This document shows positions 35,300 to 36,797 of a DNA stretch of 36,797 nt, piece by piece (the first letter of the stretch is position 1; every line of letters begins with the position of its first letter). Under the pieces are notes generated by a model. The model had not been told where the DNA came from. It searched no databases and saw only the letters and a program-made list of their open reading frames with translations. The DNA comes from a virus (taxonomy: Duplodnaviria > Caudoviricetes). The translations under genes and the position numbers were made by a program. The stretch is taken from IMG/VR virus record IMGVR_UViG_3300012987_000004, positions 1-36,797 of that record; one strand, 5' to 3'.

Positions 35300-36514
35300 A
35301 TGTCAGACGTTTTAACAAAACAGGACTTTGATATGGTGATTGACACCGTGGCAAAGCATAAAAAATCGCAGGATGAAGCCTTGGCGGCAGTAAAAGAACT
35401 TATCCGTACTGACTACGCTACTCCGGGTGCTCTGAAAGAGCTAGAGGACAAGTTTGAGGCGAAGTTTAAAACCATGAATGAGTACTCTGAGCAGCTTGAA
35501 CGCCAGATTAAAGGCAAGGAGCTGAGCAAAGAAGAACAAAAAGGTTTTGCTACGCTATTGGCGGAGGGCCTGGAAAAGGATTGGTCTGAAATTACCCGTT
35601 TCAAATCTTCTTCAAAAGGTAAGGTATTCCAGCTTACCAATATGAAGGCTGCAGCGGATATGACAATTGCCAACTCTGTAACTGATCCAGGAGCATATTT
35701 TACAACCGTTCTCCCGGGCATCAGGACGCTGCCTAATCGCCGCGTACATATGCGTGACATCATCAACCTGGGAACCATGACTAATTCCAGCGTTGATTAT
35801 GTGCGCGAAGAATCTGTAACAGGTGATTTGACTACTGTTGCAGAGGGTGCGGCTAAACCACAGATTCAGCCGCTTTTTTCTGAAAGACAAGCTACTGCAC
35901 AGTATATTGCTGGCTGGCTTCGTATTTCCAGGAAAATGCTGGATGATATGCAGGCGCTTCGCAGCTATTTACAGATGCGTCTGATGGAAATGTATTTGAA
36001 GGTAGAAGACGCGCAAATTCTCTCCGGAGATGGTACTGGCTCAAATCTGGAAGGTATTCTGACAGTAGCCACTGCGCTGAATGATAATACTGGCCCGAAC
36101 GTTGAGCGTATTGTTCACGCTATTTCTCAGCTTGAAAGTGCTGATTACTATGCAACCGGCGTAGTGCTGCATCCTGCTGCATATTATGAGATTGCGCTCA
36201 ATAAGGCTGCCGGTAGTGGTGAATACGATTTGCCGCTGGCTCTTGTTGTTATCCAGAACGGTCAGTTATATGTCGCTGGTGTGCCAGTGTATAAAACTAC
36301 TGCAATGCCACGAGCTACATTTGTTGTTGGTGACTGGGATTTGGGCGCACAGCTGTTTATTCGTGAACAGCCCGTGGTTGAGTTCTTTGACCAGGATGCT
36401 AATAATGTTACCACTAACAAAATTACCGTGCGTATTGAAGGCCGTGTAGCATTAGCGATATATCGTGAAGCCGCCTTTGTACAGGGTACTTTTGACAATA
36501 TTCCAGTATCGTAA
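35300..36514 (+). CDS. HK97-fold major capsid protein; ends IPVS
   Basis: Coiled-coil delta domain, VAEGAAKP, EDAQILSGDG, GVPVY and VRIEGRVAL motifs. Confidence 0.96.
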   Translation: MSDVLTKQDFDMVIDTVAKHKKSQDEALAAVKELIRTDYATPGALKELEDKFEAKFKTMNEYSEQLERQIKGKELSKEEQKGFATLLAEGLEKDWSEITRFKSSSKGKVFQLTNMKAAADMTIANSVTDPGAYFTTVLPGIRTLPNRRVHMRDIINLGTMTNSSVDYVREESVTGDLTTVAEGAAKPQIQPLFSERQATAQYIAGWLRISRKMLDDMQALRSYLQMRLMEMYLKVEDAQILSGDGTGSNLEGILTVATALNDNTGPNVERIVHAISQLESADYYATGVVLHPAAYYEIALNKAAGSGEYDLPLALVVIQNGQLYVAGVPVYKTTAMPRATFVVGDWDLGAQLFIREQPVVEFFDQDANNVTTNKITVRIEGRVALAIYREAAFVQGTFDNIPVS

Positions 36515-36523
36515 TTTCTTCAT

Positions 36524-36553
36524 ATCACAGGAGTGACTATTCACTCCTGTGAT
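36524..36553 (+). terminator. Hairpin after the capsid gene (attenuator or mRNA stabiliser)
   Basis: atcacaggagtga-ctat-tcactcctgtgat, a 13-bp perfect stem. Confidence 0.7.
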
Positions 36554-36568
36554 CTTATACTATAATGA

Positions 36569-36797
36569 ATGCTATCTCTTTTTCATCATGATAAGCCTAT
36601 AACAAATAATCGGGTATTATATCCTATGAAGGAACTGATACCTGGTGACCCACTTATCACATTGGATCAGGCAAAGTCATGGCTGAAAATGGACGGCATT
36701 ACCGCAGATAATGAGAATATACAAAGCATCATTGATGCAGGTATAGAATGGATAGAGCGCATTTGTGCTATTTCTATCCAGGCATATACCGTTACCG
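36569..36797 (+). CDS. 5' part of head-tail connector (gp6-like), continuing through the join to 452; start at 36569 or 36626
   Basis: Manual translation MLSLFHH...PMKELIPGDPLITLDQAKSWLKMDGITAD is in frame with ORF 15..452; ITLDQAKSWLKMD resembles the gp6-like N-terminal motif; directly follows the capsid gene. Confidence 0.8.
   Translation, partial: MLSLFHHDKPITNNRVLYPMKELIPGDPLITLDQAKSWLKMDGITADNENIQSIIDAGIEWIERICAISIQAYTVT
36675..36797. repeat. Terminal direct repeat copy 2
   Basis: 123 bp identical to 1-123. Confidence 0.97.

Noticed and set aside
476-36498. Minus-strand and nested alternative-frame ORFs in the track (for example 2861..3259, 4196..4615, 19832..20242, 35413..35778)
   Set aside because: They lie within well-supported + strand genes and show no motifs; they are shadow ORFs.

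Overview
The window is a complete, circularly assembled ~36.67 kb siphovirus genome. Bases 1-123 are identical to 36675-36797, and one gene runs through that join. The host is very probably in the Bacteroidota: there are TAnnTTTG -7 promoter boxes, A-rich starts without Shine-Dalgarno sites, signal peptides followed by Gln, and a Bacteroidota-type PCPPxC protein. All credible genes are on the + strand. The order is: head-tail joining, tail (with a -1 frameshifted chaperone), tape measure, tail tip and fibres, membrane/lysis genes, early genes, recombination (putative annealing protein plus YqaJ-like exonuclease), initiator with internal iterons plus DnaB, a ~1.3 kb mostly non-coding structured-RNA island with three aberrant tRNA-like elements, terminases, HK97-type portal, two accessory cassettes splitting the head module (one with a two-domain glycosyltransferase, one with an RNA-ligase-like gene), prohead protease and capsid. 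I could not recognise an integrase, repressor or endolysin. The top observation is that four unrelated virion proteins (capsid, portal, tail tube, head closure) all end in hydrophobic-P-V-S-stop using different codons, and a glycosyltransferase sits in the head module. This suggests a C-terminal-tag-directed virion modification (glycosylation) system. The second is a set of hairpin-terminated non-coding units that are complementary to start-codon regions of the phage's own genes. All product calls come from motif recognition and synteny, not from database searches.
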